Below the pieces are notes generated by a model. It was not told the origin of the DNA, did no database searches, and worked only from the letters and a program-made list of their open reading frames with translations. Shown here piece by piece: positions 1 to 9,252 of a DNA stretch of 64,000 bases. Within the stretch, counting starts at the first letter, position 1. Every line of letters starts with the position of its first letter. A program made the translations under genes and the position numbers. Origin of the DNA: an uncultured delta proteobacterium (GTDB lineage: Bacteria > Desulfobacterota > Binatia > DP-6); the NCBI GenBank assembly GCA_963815115.1, contig CAWFFN010000007.1, positions 800,001 through 864,000 on the forward strand. The letters run 5' to 3'.

Positions 1-282
1 ACGACGTCCTGGCGCGGCGTCCGCCCGAAGCCGACCACGACGTCCCAGGGCGCGCGCGCCGACGGCGCGCGGAGCCGCGACCGCGAACGAGAGCAGCCGC
101 ACCAGGCGCCCGCCGCGCAGGATGCGGACGCGGTGGACGGTGACGCCACGCGGTGGCTCGGCGGAGCGGGCGCAGAAGACGTGCACGGCATGACCGCGCG
201 CCGCGAGGCCGGCGGCGAGGCGTCGCAGGTCGGCCTCGGTGCCGCCGCCGGCGAGCTGGCGGTGCATGAAGGCGATGCGCAT
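1..282 (-). CDS. Glycosyltransferase family 4 (WaaG-like), N-terminal part; runs off the window edge
   Basis: Not in ORF track. ATG at 282 overlaps the upstream TGA and reads MRIAFMHRQLAGGGTEADLRRLAAGLAARGHAVHVFC, a typical GT4 N-terminus (GGxE..L..L..RGHxVHV). Confidence 0.8.
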   Translation of the reverse strand, partial: MRIAFMHRQLAGGGTEADLRRLAAGLAARGHAVHVFCARSAEPPRGVTVHRVRILRGGRLVRLLSFAVAAPRAVGARALGRRGRLRADAAPGRR

Positions 283-1194
283 CACTCGCGGGCGCGCAGC
301 TGCAGCCACAGCGCCCGCAGGCGATAGCGGATGTTCGCGGGATCGAGCCGCCGCGCGCGGCCGAGCGCCGTCCGTGCGGCGACCGTGTCCCCGTCCCGCG
401 CCCGCTGCGTCGCCAGCCGGGCCCAGCGCCGCGCCTGCCGCTTGCGGAAGGCGCCGCGACCGAGCACGTCGAGCACCTCGGGATGGTCGCCCACGAGCTT
501 CTCGGCGAGCCGGATCGATTCCTCGCGGACCACGCCGCGGTTGCGCGCGATGCCGCCGCCGTGCCGCCGGTAGACGAAGGCGGGCACGTCGAGGAAGATG
601 GCATGAAAGGCCGTCGCCACCCGCAGGACGAGGTCCAGGTCGTCGAGGATGGTGAAGGAGCCGTCGAGCGGCCCCACGGCTTCGAGGGCGCGGCGCGTGA
701 AGCACATGCCCTGCAGCTGGCCCAGGTTCCAGCGGAACACCTCCGCGACTCCGATCGGCCGCGCCGCCATCGTCACGGCGACCTCGGGCCGGATCCAGGG
801 CTCCTCCTTGCCCTCCGGGTCGTCCTCCGCCGGCAGCATGCGACCGTTCTGGATCACCAGATCGATGTCCGGGTGCGAGGCGCAGGAATTCCACCGGCAC
901 GGCCAGGCGTCCCGGCAGCGCGAGGTCGTCCGAGTCGTGGAAGGCGACGTAGGGCGTGCGCGCGGCGGCGATGCCCGCGTTGCGCGCGGCGGCCACGCCG
1001 GCGTGCTCGGTGCGCAGGACGCGCAACCGGGGGTCGCGCACCCGGGCCAGCACGGCCTTCGTGTCGTCGCGCGAGCCGTCGTCGACGACGATCACCTCGA
1101 GCTCGACGCCGCGCTGCTCGAGCAGGCTGTCGAGGCTCGCCCGCAGCGTGTGCGCGCGATCGTAGGTCGGCAGGACCACCGAGACCACCGCCAT
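282..1194 (-). CDS. Glycosyltransferase family 2, split by an apparent 1-bp insertion near 880
   Basis: ATG at 1194 reads MAVVSVVLPTYDRAHTL..VIVVDDGSRDDT..AARNAGI..YVAFHDSDD (GT2 motifs). The GT2 sequence continues in the frame of ORF 282..857 (HPDIDLVIQNG..DDLDLVLR..YRRHGG). Span 913 nt = 3n+1. Confidence 0.8.
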
Positions 1195-2318
1195 CACGAC
1201 ACCCCGTCCGCCACCGCCTGGTCGAAGGCCTCGAACATCGCGTCGCCGAAGCCGTCGAGCGTGAAGTCCGTCCGTAGCCGTTCGAGCGCGGCGGCGCCAA
1301 TGGCCCGCCGCCGGGGCTCGTCGCGCAGGAGCTCGACGACCGCCCGGGCGAGCGCCGGCGCATCCTCCGGCGGCACCAGCAGCCCGCTCTCGCCGTGGAC
1401 GAGCATCTCGGGGATACCCCCGACCGCCGAGGCGACGATCGGTCGCGCCAGCGCCATGCCCTCGAGCAGGGCCAGCGGGAAGGGATCGCGCAGGGCGGGA
1501 TGGACGAGCACGTCGAGCACGCGCACGACCGGGAACGGGTTGCCGAGGAAGCCCGTGACGACGAGGCTGCCGTCCAGCCCGAGCGCGGTGACCCGGGCGC
1601 CCAGCGCCGCCTCGGCCTCGCGATCGGGAAACGCGCCGACGAGCACGAACTGCACGCCCGGCACGGCGTCCCGGATCGCGGGCGCCGCTTCCACCAGCAG
1701 CCGGGGGTTCTTGCGCCAATCCAGGTTCCCGACCATGCCGACCCGGAGCGCCTCGTGCGCGCCGACGACCGGCGGTGGCATCGCGTCCGCCTCGCGAGCG
1801 ATGCGCGCCACGTCGACGCCGTTGTAGACCACCCGGGCGCGCGTCCCGCCATGGAAGCCGCCGACCGCGCGCCGCGCCAGCTCGAGCGAATCGAGCGATG
1901 GGGCGACGACGTGGCGCGCGCGCCCCAGCCAGTGCTTGCGATAGGAGCGCGCACTGCCGTAGCTCGAGTAGACGTGCACCACCTGCGGAACGCGCGCGAG
2001 CCGGCCCGCCAGGAGGCACATCGGGAAGGTCGACAAGGTCGTCGAGTACAGCGCATCCGCTCCGCGCGCGAGGCGGGCCAGGCGCAGGACGTCGCGCGGC
2101 AGCGCGAGCGCGCCGCCCGGCCGCCGCCAGCGAGCCAGGCCCGGCAGGAAGGTGGTGCGCGAGGCGGGAATGCCGATCGTGTCGAGCAGCGGATGGGCGG
2201 CGGGGAAGGCGTAGCGCAGCTCCCAGCCATGACGGGGCGCCGCATCGTCGAGGACGCGCAGCGCCCGCAGCATGCCGGCGTGCTGGGGATGGGCCAGCGT
2301 GACCAGCGCCCGCCGCAT
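1194..2318 (-). CDS. Glycosyltransferase family 4
   Basis: Start trimmed to MRRALVTLAHPQ. Contains VVYNGVD, VGNLDWRKN and DPFPLALLEGMALARPIVASAVGGIPE (GT-B/GT4 signature). Confidence 0.88.
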   Translation of the reverse strand: MRRALVTLAHPQHAGMLRALRVLDDAAPRHGWELRYAFPAAHPLLDTIGIPASRTTFLPGLARWRRPGGALALPRDVLRLARLARGADALYSTTLSTFPMCLLAGRLARVPQVVHVYSSYGSARSYRKHWLGRARHVVAPSLDSLELARRAVGGFHGGTRARVVYNGVDVARIAREADAMPPPVVGAHEALRVGMVGNLDWRKNPRLLVEAAPAIRDAVPGVQFVLVGAFPDREAEAALGARVTALGLDGSLVVTGFLGNPFPVVRVLDVLVHPALRDPFPLALLEGMALARPIVASAVGGIPEMLVHGESGLLVPPEDAPALARAVVELLRDEPRRRAIGAAALERLRTDFTLDGFGDAMFEAFDQAVADGVS

Positions 2319-2329
2319 GGCGCCCGTGG

Positions 2330-3136
2330 TCAGGCCCGCTCCGCGGCCAGGAGCGCTGGATCGAACGGCCCCCCGCTCCGCATCAGCGCGCGGAAGCCGG
2401 CCCGCGCCGCCGCCTCGACGGGAATGTGGTCGATGGCGCAGCGCCGCGCGACGATCTTGCGCATCACCCAGCGCCCGAGGCGATGCCGTTGCCGCCGGTC
2501 GAGCTGGCGCGCGCTCGCGTAGGCATTCAGCACGCGCGCCCGGTCGCTGGCGGTCACGCCGAGCACCACGAAGCGCCCGAGCTGCACGAGGTTCCGCCGC
2601 GCTCCGAGGCCGAACCAGCCCCGCCGCGTGCGGTCGTTGTCGAGGAAGACGAAGGTGCCGTCGCGCGAGCGGAGATTGGGCGGCACCAGGTCGCCGTGGA
2701 CGAATCCCGCCGCGTGCAGCCGCGCCACCTCGGCGCCGAGGCGACGCAGCAGGTCTCGCTTGCAACGCCGCGCCTCGCGATCGGGGCGCGCGAGGCGCGC
2801 CAGGACGGCGAGCAGGTCCTCGCCCCCGGTGTCGGCGGTGACGAGCAGTCCCGCGGCGCCGTGCTGCCCGACGAGCAGGGTGACCGGAGCCGCGAAGCCG
2901 GCCACGTCGAGCGCGCGGCCCATGGCGAAGGCGCGCAGGGCGCGCCGGCCGTCGGGCGGCGGGTAGCTCTTCACGTGGCACACGCCGTGGCGTGACTCGA
3001 GCTGCAGGCTGCGAGCGTGGCGCGAGCGGCGGCCGGCGCCGCCCGCGGCAGCCACCAGGCACGCCTGCACGTCGAGCGCAGCGTCGGCCGCGCGCCAGCC
3101 CTGCCATTCGCCCTCGCTCCACGCCAGGTATCTCAT
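2330..3136 (-). CDS. Lipopolysaccharide core kinase (Kdo/WaaP/InaA family)
   Basis: MRYLAWSEG start overlaps upstream stop. Kinase motifs LHAAGFVHGDL..N and FLDNDR; located in the LPS core cluster. Confidence 0.75.
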   Translation of the reverse strand: MRYLAWSEGEWQGWRAADAALDVQACLVAAAGGAGRRSRHARSLQLESRHGVCHVKSYPPPDGRRALRAFAMGRALDVAGFAAPVTLLVGQHGAAGLLVTADTGGEDLLAVLARLARPDREARRCKRDLLRRLGAEVARLHAAGFVHGDLVPPNLRSRDGTFVFLDNDRTRRGWFGLGARRNLVQLGRFVVLGVTASDRARVLNAYASARQLDRRQRHRLGRWVMRKIVARRCAIDHIPVEAAARAGFRALMRSGGPFDPALLAAERA

Positions 3137-4131
3137 GCCGCCAGCACCTGGGCAGCCTTCTCGAGGACCATGTCCACCGTGATGGTGTGCATGCAGACCC
3201 GACCGATGGGGCACTCGCGCAGGAAGCACGGCGCGCAGGGCGCCGCGCCCTGCACCGCCAGCCGCTCCCAGCCGAACGGCGCGGAGCGCGCCGCGCTGGT
3301 CGCTCCCCACAGCGACACCACCGGCGTTCCCATCGCGGCCGCCAGATGGAGCGCCCCCGAGTCGGGGCCGAACGCCAGCGCGCAGCGGCCGAGCAGCGCC
3401 GCGAGCTGGCGCAGCGACGTGCGCCCGACGAGATCGCGCACCGCGCCGCGGGATGCGCGCACGACGTCGGCGGCGAACGCGGCGTCGGCGGACGTGCCGA
3501 GGAGCATCGCGCCGCCCCGCAGGCGGCGCAGCAGCGCGTCGAGCGCGGAGGCCGTCCGCTCGGGCACCCAGCGGCGCGCGGGACACGACGAGCCGATGCA
3601 GGCCGCCACCACCGGCCGCGGAAGGCCCGCGAGGAGGGCCTCGGCCTGTGCGGCCTCCTCGGCCGTGGGGGTGAGCCCGAACTCGACCGGGATGGCGGGC
3701 AGGCCGAGCGCGTCGCCGAAGCTCAGGAACTGCTCGAGCTTCGGCCGCGCGGCGCCCTGCGGCGGCAGGTGCTGGGTGGCGAACAGCCAGCTGCCCTCGC
3801 GCGCGTCGGCGCGCGCGAACCCGACCCGGACCCGTGCGCCGCTCGCCCGAGCGATGAGCGCGCTCTTGGCGCCGCGCCCGAGATCGAGCGCAACGTGGTA
3901 GCGAGACCCGCGCAGCCGGCGCACCAGCGGGGGGACCGCGCGCAGCCCCTGCCGGCGCTGAAAGACGATGGCCTCGTCCAGCCAGGGGTGCGGCTCCAGC
4001 AAGGGCGCCGACGGGGGCTCGACGACCCACGAGAGATGCGCTTCGGGCCGGCCGCGGCGGATGCGTCCCAGCAGCGGCAGGGCGCGGACCACGTCACCGA
4101 TGGCGCCCGGGAGCACGATCAGGACGCGCAC
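3133..4131 (-). CDS. GT9 ADP-heptose:LPS heptosyltransferase (WaaC-like)
   Basis: GTG at 4131 with GGAGG upstream. Motifs GAIGDVVRALP, DSGALHLAAAMGTPVVSLWGAT and PCAPCFLRECP. Confidence 0.88.
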   Translation of the reverse strand: MRVLIVLPGAIGDVVRALPLLGRIRRGRPEAHLSWVVEPPSAPLLEPHPWLDEAIVFQRRQGLRAVPPLVRRLRGSRYHVALDLGRGAKSALIARASGARVRVGFARADAREGSWLFATQHLPPQGAARPKLEQFLSFGDALGLPAIPVEFGLTPTAEEAAQAEALLAGLPRPVVAACIGSSCPARRWVPERTASALDALLRRLRGGAMLLGTSADAAFAADVVRASRGAVRDLVGRTSLRQLAALLGRCALAFGPDSGALHLAAAMGTPVVSLWGATSAARSAPFGWERLAVQGAAPCAPCFLRECPIGRVCMHTITVDMVLEKAAQVLAA

Positions 4132-4868
4132 GGCGCCTCCACCGCACGCGCGTACGCGGCGTGAAACGCAGCGACGTCGTCCGGCGCTGCCAGATGGCCG
4201 GTGGGGTCGAGCTTGCGCAGCGAGCGCGCCAGCCGGCGCAGGTTGCGCTGCCGCGCGCGCCGGCCGAGCGGAGCGCGTCCGACGCGCGCCCGGTCGAAGT
4301 CGAGAACGGTGACGTCGAGGCCGGGCGCCGGCCCGGCGAGCAGGTTCGTCAGGTTCAGATCGGCGTGGAAGACGCCCGCCCTGTGCAAGCCGGCCACCGC
4401 CCGAGCAACCGCCGTCGCCAGGGCCCGCCGCCGGCCTTCGTCCGCGACCCGGAGCGCCTCGACCACCGGGACCGCCTCGGGCACCTCCGCGGTGACGATG
4501 GCGCCGCGGTAGGCCAGCCGCCCCTCGACGCGCGCCGCGAGCACCTCGGGCGCCGCCACACCGCGCCGGCGCGCCTCGGCCGTCACCGCCAGCTCCCGGA
4601 ACGGACGCGCCGCCGGCCCGACGTACGTCTCCCGGACCACCCGCGCGAGCCAGCCGCCGCGCCGGTTGCAGCGCAGCACCGCCGCGAGGCCGCCTGGCAG
4701 CCGCACGCGATGCGCGGCTCCTCGGCCCCCGGTCAGCGGCTGGCTGCCGGCCGGTACCACGAGCGACGAGGCGAGCAGCCAGGGTGCCAGCTCGGCGACC
4801 AGATCGGTTCGCACGAGCGCACGCACGCGTCGCCGGCTGACAGCGGTGTAGCCATCCGGGACGCTCAC
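4119..4868 (-). CDS. Kdo kinase (KdkA-like) / LPS kinase
   Basis: GTG overlaps upstream stop. Motifs RRGGWLAR..RPFREL, LHRAGVFHADLNLTNLL, LDFDRA and NLRRLARSLRK, typical of the KdkA family. Confidence 0.82.
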   Translation of the reverse strand: MSVPDGYTAVSRRRVRALVRTDLVAELAPWLLASSLVVPAGSQPLTGGRGAAHRVRLPGGLAAVLRCNRRGGWLARVVRETYVGPAARPFRELAVTAEARRRGVAAPEVLAARVEGRLAYRGAIVTAEVPEAVPVVEALRVADEGRRRALATAVARAVAGLHRAGVFHADLNLTNLLAGPAPGLDVTVLDFDRARVGRAPLGRRARQRNLRRLARSLRKLDPTGHLAAPDDVAAFHAAYARAVEAPCAS

Positions 4869-5608
4869 GCGACCTCCCGCAGGGACACGGGCTGCGCCCG
4901 GCGCCACTCCCAGGCGCGGGTGTGCGCGAGCACGACGCGGTAGCCCGCGAACACGACGGCCAGCCAGCGCGCGAGGCCGGCCCGCGCCGGCGCCCGTGCC
5001 AGGAGGAGCCGCGCCGCGGCTGCCATCGCGCACACGCCGATCCGCGCCACGCCCGCCGCGCGGGCATCCTGGGCGAGCAGGACCGCGAGCGCGCGGCTCT
5101 CCGCGCCGAGCGCGTCGACGGCCTCCTCGACCGACGCGCCGTGCGCGGCGCGCAGGCGGACGTCCAGCCGCTCCCCGCGACCCCCGCGCGCGGCGAGCCC
5201 GAGCGTGAGACCGCGCTCGAGCACGAGCCGGCTGCCCGCGCGCGGCGCGAGGCGCACCGGCGCGTACCGCGGCACGAGGTGCGCGCCGAGCGTCTCCACC
5301 TCGACGCCGATGCGCCGCGCCCCCGCCCCACCCTGCTCCACGACGCGCGCGACGTGGTCCCGGAGCGACGCCGGCGCGACCTCGTGCTCGGCGAGCAGGA
5401 GGAGCCACGGCGCGCTCCCGAGCGCGTCGATTCGCGCGGCGTCGCGACCGAGCCGGACGCCCTGCGGCAGCTCGCTGCCCGGCTCCCCCGTGGCATCGAG
5501 CACGGCGCGCTCGGCCGCCCAGGCGACCGAATCGAGGGCCGCCGCGAGCAAGCGGCCACCGCGGGTCGCGATCACGACCGCCAGCACAGGGAGCTTCCCC
5601 GGCGTCAT
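4865..5608 (-). CDS. KdtX/WaaE-like GT2-fold protein with degenerate catalytic motifs
   Basis: LAVVIAT..LDSVAWAAERAVLD..PWLLLLAEHE resembles KdtX-type LSVVIIT..LESVAWADEIVVVD..WVLSLDADE. Translationally coupled on both sides. Confidence 0.6.
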   Translation of the reverse strand: MTPGKLPVLAVVIATRGGRLLAAALDSVAWAAERAVLDATGEPGSELPQGVRLGRDAARIDALGSAPWLLLLAEHEVAPASLRDHVARVVEQGGAGARRIGVEVETLGAHLVPRYAPVRLAPRAGSRLVLERGLTLGLAARGGRGERLDVRLRAAHGASVEEAVDALGAESRALAVLLAQDARAAGVARIGVCAMAAAARLLLARAPARAGLARWLAVVFAGYRVVLAHTRAWEWRRAQPVSLREVA

Positions 5609-6668
5609 GCGGCGCTGCCCGCCGTCCGCGGCGGCGCCAGCAACGCGCGCGCCGCGCCGAGCACGCTCTCGGGCCGCACGAGGCGCTGGCAGTCGCCGGT
5701 AGCGCGCGGGCACCGTGGGCCGCCATGCCGGGCGCAGGGGCGGCAGGCGAGATCGACCTCGACGACCCGAGCGCGCTCGCCCCAGGGTCCATAGCCGAGC
5801 GCCGGCGTGGTGGCGCAGAAGACCGCGACCACCGGGACGTTGCGAGCGCAGGCCACGTGCATCGGAGCGCTGTCGTTGGCCACCAGGAGCGCCAGGCGAT
5901 CGATCACCGCCACCAGGGTGGCGAGGTCGGTTCGCCCCGCCAGCACGGTCGCGCCACCACCGCCGAGGCGCACGACCTCCTCGGCCAGGGACCGCTCGGC
6001 CGGCGCGCCCAGCACCACCACCCGGGCCCCCTCCGCGCGCAGCGCGCGCAGGACGGCGGCGAAGCCCTCCGCGGTCCAGCGCTTGGTCGCCCACACCGAG
6101 CCCGGCGCCAGCCCGACGAGCGGTCCGGCGCCGTCGGGCAGCAAAGCGGTCGCCCTCGCGGCGGCGGCCGCCTGCACCGGCAGGTGCAGGCGCGGAGCGC
6201 CCGGCGTCCCCCGAACGGTGCGAGCAGGGCCAGGTTGCGCTCGACGTCGTGCCGGCGGCGGTCGCGCGCGACGCGCTCGTGATAGAGGAACGCGCCGCGG
6301 CTGTCGGCGAAGCCGATGCGCCGGGGGATACGCGCGGCCGCGAGCACGATGGCGGTGCGCAGCGAGCGGTGCGGCGAGACCGCGAGATCGAAGCGCTCTC
6401 CTCGCAACCGGTTCGCCAGGCGCACGACGCCGCCCGCGCCGCGGTCCGCACCACGCTTGTCGTCCACCAGGACGTCGTCGATGTCGGGATGCCCGTCCAG
6501 CAGGGAGGCGGCGTCGGGCCGCACCAGGACCGCCAGGCGGCGCGGGCGCAGCCGTTGCCGGAGCGCCGCGATCAGCGGCGTCGTCAGCACGACGTCGCCC
6601 AGGAAGCTCGTCTGGGGCACGACCAGGCTCGGCCCCGCAGGCGACTCAGGCGAGGTGCTCGGCCTCAT
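5605..6668 (-). CDS. waaF: Lipopolysaccharide heptosyltransferase II, split by an apparent 1-bp deletion in the C5 run at 6208-6212
   Basis: N-half in ORF 5904..6668 (QTSFLGDVVLTTP..PHRSLRT). C-half in ORF 5605..6177 (APGSVWATKRW..NDSAPMH..CRPCARHG). Adding one G on the coding strand gives a continuous FGGTPGAPRLHLPV. Confidence 0.82.
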
Positions 6669-6816
6669 CGATCAGCATGATCGGGATGTCGTCCTTGATC
6701 GGGTAGCGGAGCTTGCACGCCCCGCACACGAGCGCGTCCTGCGATTCCGTCAAGACGACGTCGCCCTTGCACTGCGGGCAGGCGAGGATCTCGAGCAGCT
6801 CCTTGTGGATCGCCAT
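6646..6816 (-). CDS. ycaR: Trm112-like protein (YcaR/UPF0434)
   Basis: MAIHKELLEILACPQCKG..VCGACKLRYPIKDDIPIMLIDEA; GGAGGAG RBS; usual position downstream of lpxK. Confidence 0.92.
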   Translation of the reverse strand: MAIHKELLEILACPQCKGDVVLTESQDALVCGACKLRYPIKDDIPIMLIDEAEHLA

Positions 6817-6898
6817 CGGTACCGTCTCCTCCGGGAAATCGTCGTGTGCGCCCCGTCGAACTATCCGCAATCCCGGGTGAATGCCACTCGACCGGCCG

Positions 6899-7939
6899 CT
6901 ACGCCGGAGCCTCGAGCAGGTCCACCAACCGGTCGCCGTCGTCGACCTCGAGCGCGACGCGCAGCGCGCGCAGCTGCTCGAGGCCGGGCCGCCCGGCCAG
7001 CTTCACCAGATCCTTCTCGGTGGTGACGAGCGCGCCCGTACGGGCCGCCCTGACGATGGAGGCGACGTCGCCTGCCGAGTAGTCGTGATGATCCGGAAAC
7101 ATCAGGCGGTCGACGACGTGGGCGCCGCACCCCTCGAGCGTGGCGGCGAAGCGATCGGGGCGGGCGACGCCCGCCACGGCGACGACGCGCGCGCCGTCGA
7201 GGCAGCCGACCCCCGCCTCGTCCCAGGCACCGCCGACCAGCGCGGTGGCGACGAGGCGGCCGCGAAAGCGCGGCGGAAGCGCGGTCCCCGGCGGCCAGGA
7301 CGGCTCGTGGTCGCCGACGGCCAGCACCGCACGCGCGCGCGCCAGCGCCGCGAACGGCTCGCGTCGCGAGCCCGCGGGCAGGAGGCGACGTGCGGCGTGA
7401 TCGTCCGCCAGCAACACCAGGTCGGCGTCGCGCGCCAGGGCGCGATGCTGGAAGCCGTCGTCGAGCACGAGGGTGTCGAGGCCGAAGCGCGCGCAGGCCT
7501 CCGCTGCCGCCTCCACGCGGCGCTCGCCCGTGACCACGGGCCCCGCGAACCGGCGCGCCAGCATGACCGCCTCGTCGCCGCCGTCCTCCGCCGACACCAG
7601 GGGCGTGCCGCTCGTCCCGACCACGACGACCCCGGGACGGCGCTTGCGATAGCCGCGCGCGACGATCCCCACGCGCCGCCCCCGGCGCGCCAGCGTCTGC
7701 GCGAGCCAGAGCGCCGCCGGCGTCTTGCCGGTGCCGCCGACGGTGAGGTTGCCGACGCTCAGCACGCGCGCCGCAACCCGCGTCTGGCCGAGCCAGCCGG
7801 CGTCGTAGAGGCGGTTCCGCACGACGACCCCGGCGCCGTACACCAGCGATGCAGGGACGAGGAGGAGCTGGACGGCGCGTTCGCTCGGCGAGCGCGGGAC
7901 CCAGGCGCGCGTGACGGCCGCCGCGAGCCGGTCCCTCAC
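6899..7939 (-). CDS. lpxK: Tetraacyldisaccharide 4'-kinase
   Basis: SVGNLTVGGTGKTP, ARGY, GDEAVMLA, LDDGFQH, FPDHHDY and TTEKD motifs; GTG overlaps the waaA stop. Confidence 0.95.
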   Translation of the reverse strand: MRDRLAAAVTRAWVPRSPSERAVQLLLVPASLVYGAGVVVRNRLYDAGWLGQTRVAARVLSVGNLTVGGTGKTPAALWLAQTLARRGRRVGIVARGYRKRRPGVVVVGTSGTPLVSAEDGGDEAVMLARRFAGPVVTGERRVEAAAEACARFGLDTLVLDDGFQHRALARDADLVLLADDHAARRLLPAGSRREPFAALARARAVLAVGDHEPSWPPGTALPPRFRGRLVATALVGGAWDEAGVGCLDGARVVAVAGVARPDRFAATLEGCGAHVVDRLMFPDHHDYSAGDVASIVRAARTGALVTTEKDLVKLAGRPGLEQLRALRVALEVDDGDRLVDLLEAPA

Positions 7940-9252
7940 GCCGTCGCCGCCCGGGGCGCAGTCCCGTCCGCCAGCCGCTCCTCGATGAGCGCCAGGTGGC
8001 GTGCCAGCGCTCCCTCGCCGGCCTCGACGGCCATCCGCGCCCGCCGCCCCATCTCGCTCGCCGCGGCGGGATCGGCCAGCAATCGCCCGATCGCGGCCGC
8101 CAGCTCCTCCGCCGTCCCCACGCGCACCCCGCCGCCGGCGGCGAGGATGCGATCCACGGGCTCTGCCATCGTGGCGGTGTACGGACCGACCAGCACGGGC
8201 CGCCCGGCACGGGCGGGCTCGAGGACGTTGTGTCCTCCGAGCGGGACGAGGCTGCCACCGACGAAGGCGACGCTGCCGAGCGCGTAGCAGTGCGCCAGCG
8301 GTCCCATGACGTCGAGCAGGACCACGCCGCCATCCGCCGGCACCGGACGCTCGCCGCTCACCACGGCCGCGTAGCGCTCGAGCGGAAGCCCGCGACTGGC
8401 CACCAGGCTCGCCACCCCGTCCAGCCGCTCCGGGTGGCGGGGTGCGACGAGCACGACGAGACGCGGGTGGCTGGGCGCCAGGCGCGCGTAGGCGTCGAGC
8501 ACGGCGGCTTCCTCGCCCTCGTGGGTGCTGCCGGCAACGAGGACGGGATGTCCCTCGAGCTGCTCGCCCAGCCGGCGCACGCCCGGCGGCGTCTCGGCGG
8601 TGACGGTCTCGAACTTGAGGCTGCCCGCCACGTGGACGAGCGCCGGGTCGGCGCCGAGCGCGACCATCCGCGCGGCATCGCCGTCGCTCTGCATGCAGCA
8701 GACCACGCCGGCCAGCGCCGGGCGATAGAACGGCCGCAGCCAGGCCGCACGCCCCGCGGTCCGGGCGCTCACCCGCCCGCTCACCAGGAAGGCAGGAACT
8801 CCGCGCCGGGCCAGCGCATCGAGCAGCGTGGGCCAGATCTCGGTCTCGGTGAAGAAGAAGGCCTCGGGCCGCAGCGCGTCCAGCACCCGGTGCACCGACT
8901 CGGGAGCATCCAGCGGAAGGAGCGCCGCCAGCTCCGCTTCGGGCAGACTGCGCGCGAGCTCCAGCCCGGTCCGCGTGAGCGTGGTCACGATCACCGGCCG
9001 GCCCGGCCATCGCACGCGCAAGGCGCCGAGCAGCGGCCGCACGGCGCGCAGCTCGCCGACCGACGCGGCGTGCACCCAGAGCGCGCGGGTTGCAGTCGTC
9101 GTGTGCCCGCGCTCGGCTGCGAACCGGCCCAGCCGATCGCCGAGCGCGCGCCACGCGCGCGGGGCCGCCGGGGCGCGACTCGCCACCTCGGCGACCCCCG
9201 CCACGAGACGCATCACTCCGCGGTAGGCGGCAAGCGCCGCCCGGTCGGTCAT
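7936..9252 (-). CDS. waaA: Kdo transferase
   Basis: WVHAASVGE, ETEIWP, GSLKFE, AGSTHEGEE, APRHPER and GGSLVPLGGHNVLEPA motifs. Confidence 0.95.
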   Translation of the reverse strand: MTDRAALAAYRGVMRLVAGVAEVASRAPAAPRAWRALGDRLGRFAAERGHTTTATRALWVHAASVGELRAVRPLLGALRVRWPGRPVIVTTLTRTGLELARSLPEAELAALLPLDAPESVHRVLDALRPEAFFFTETEIWPTLLDALARRGVPAFLVSGRVSARTAGRAAWLRPFYRPALAGVVCCMQSDGDAARMVALGADPALVHVAGSLKFETVTAETPPGVRRLGEQLEGHPVLVAGSTHEGEEAAVLDAYARLAPSHPRLVVLVAPRHPERLDGVASLVASRGLPLERYAAVVSGERPVPADGGVVLLDVMGPLAHCYALGSVAFVGGSLVPLGGHNVLEPARAGRPVLVGPYTATMAEPVDRILAAGGGVRVGTAEELAAAIGRLLADPAAASEMGRRARMAVEAGEGALARHLALIEERLADGTAPRAATA

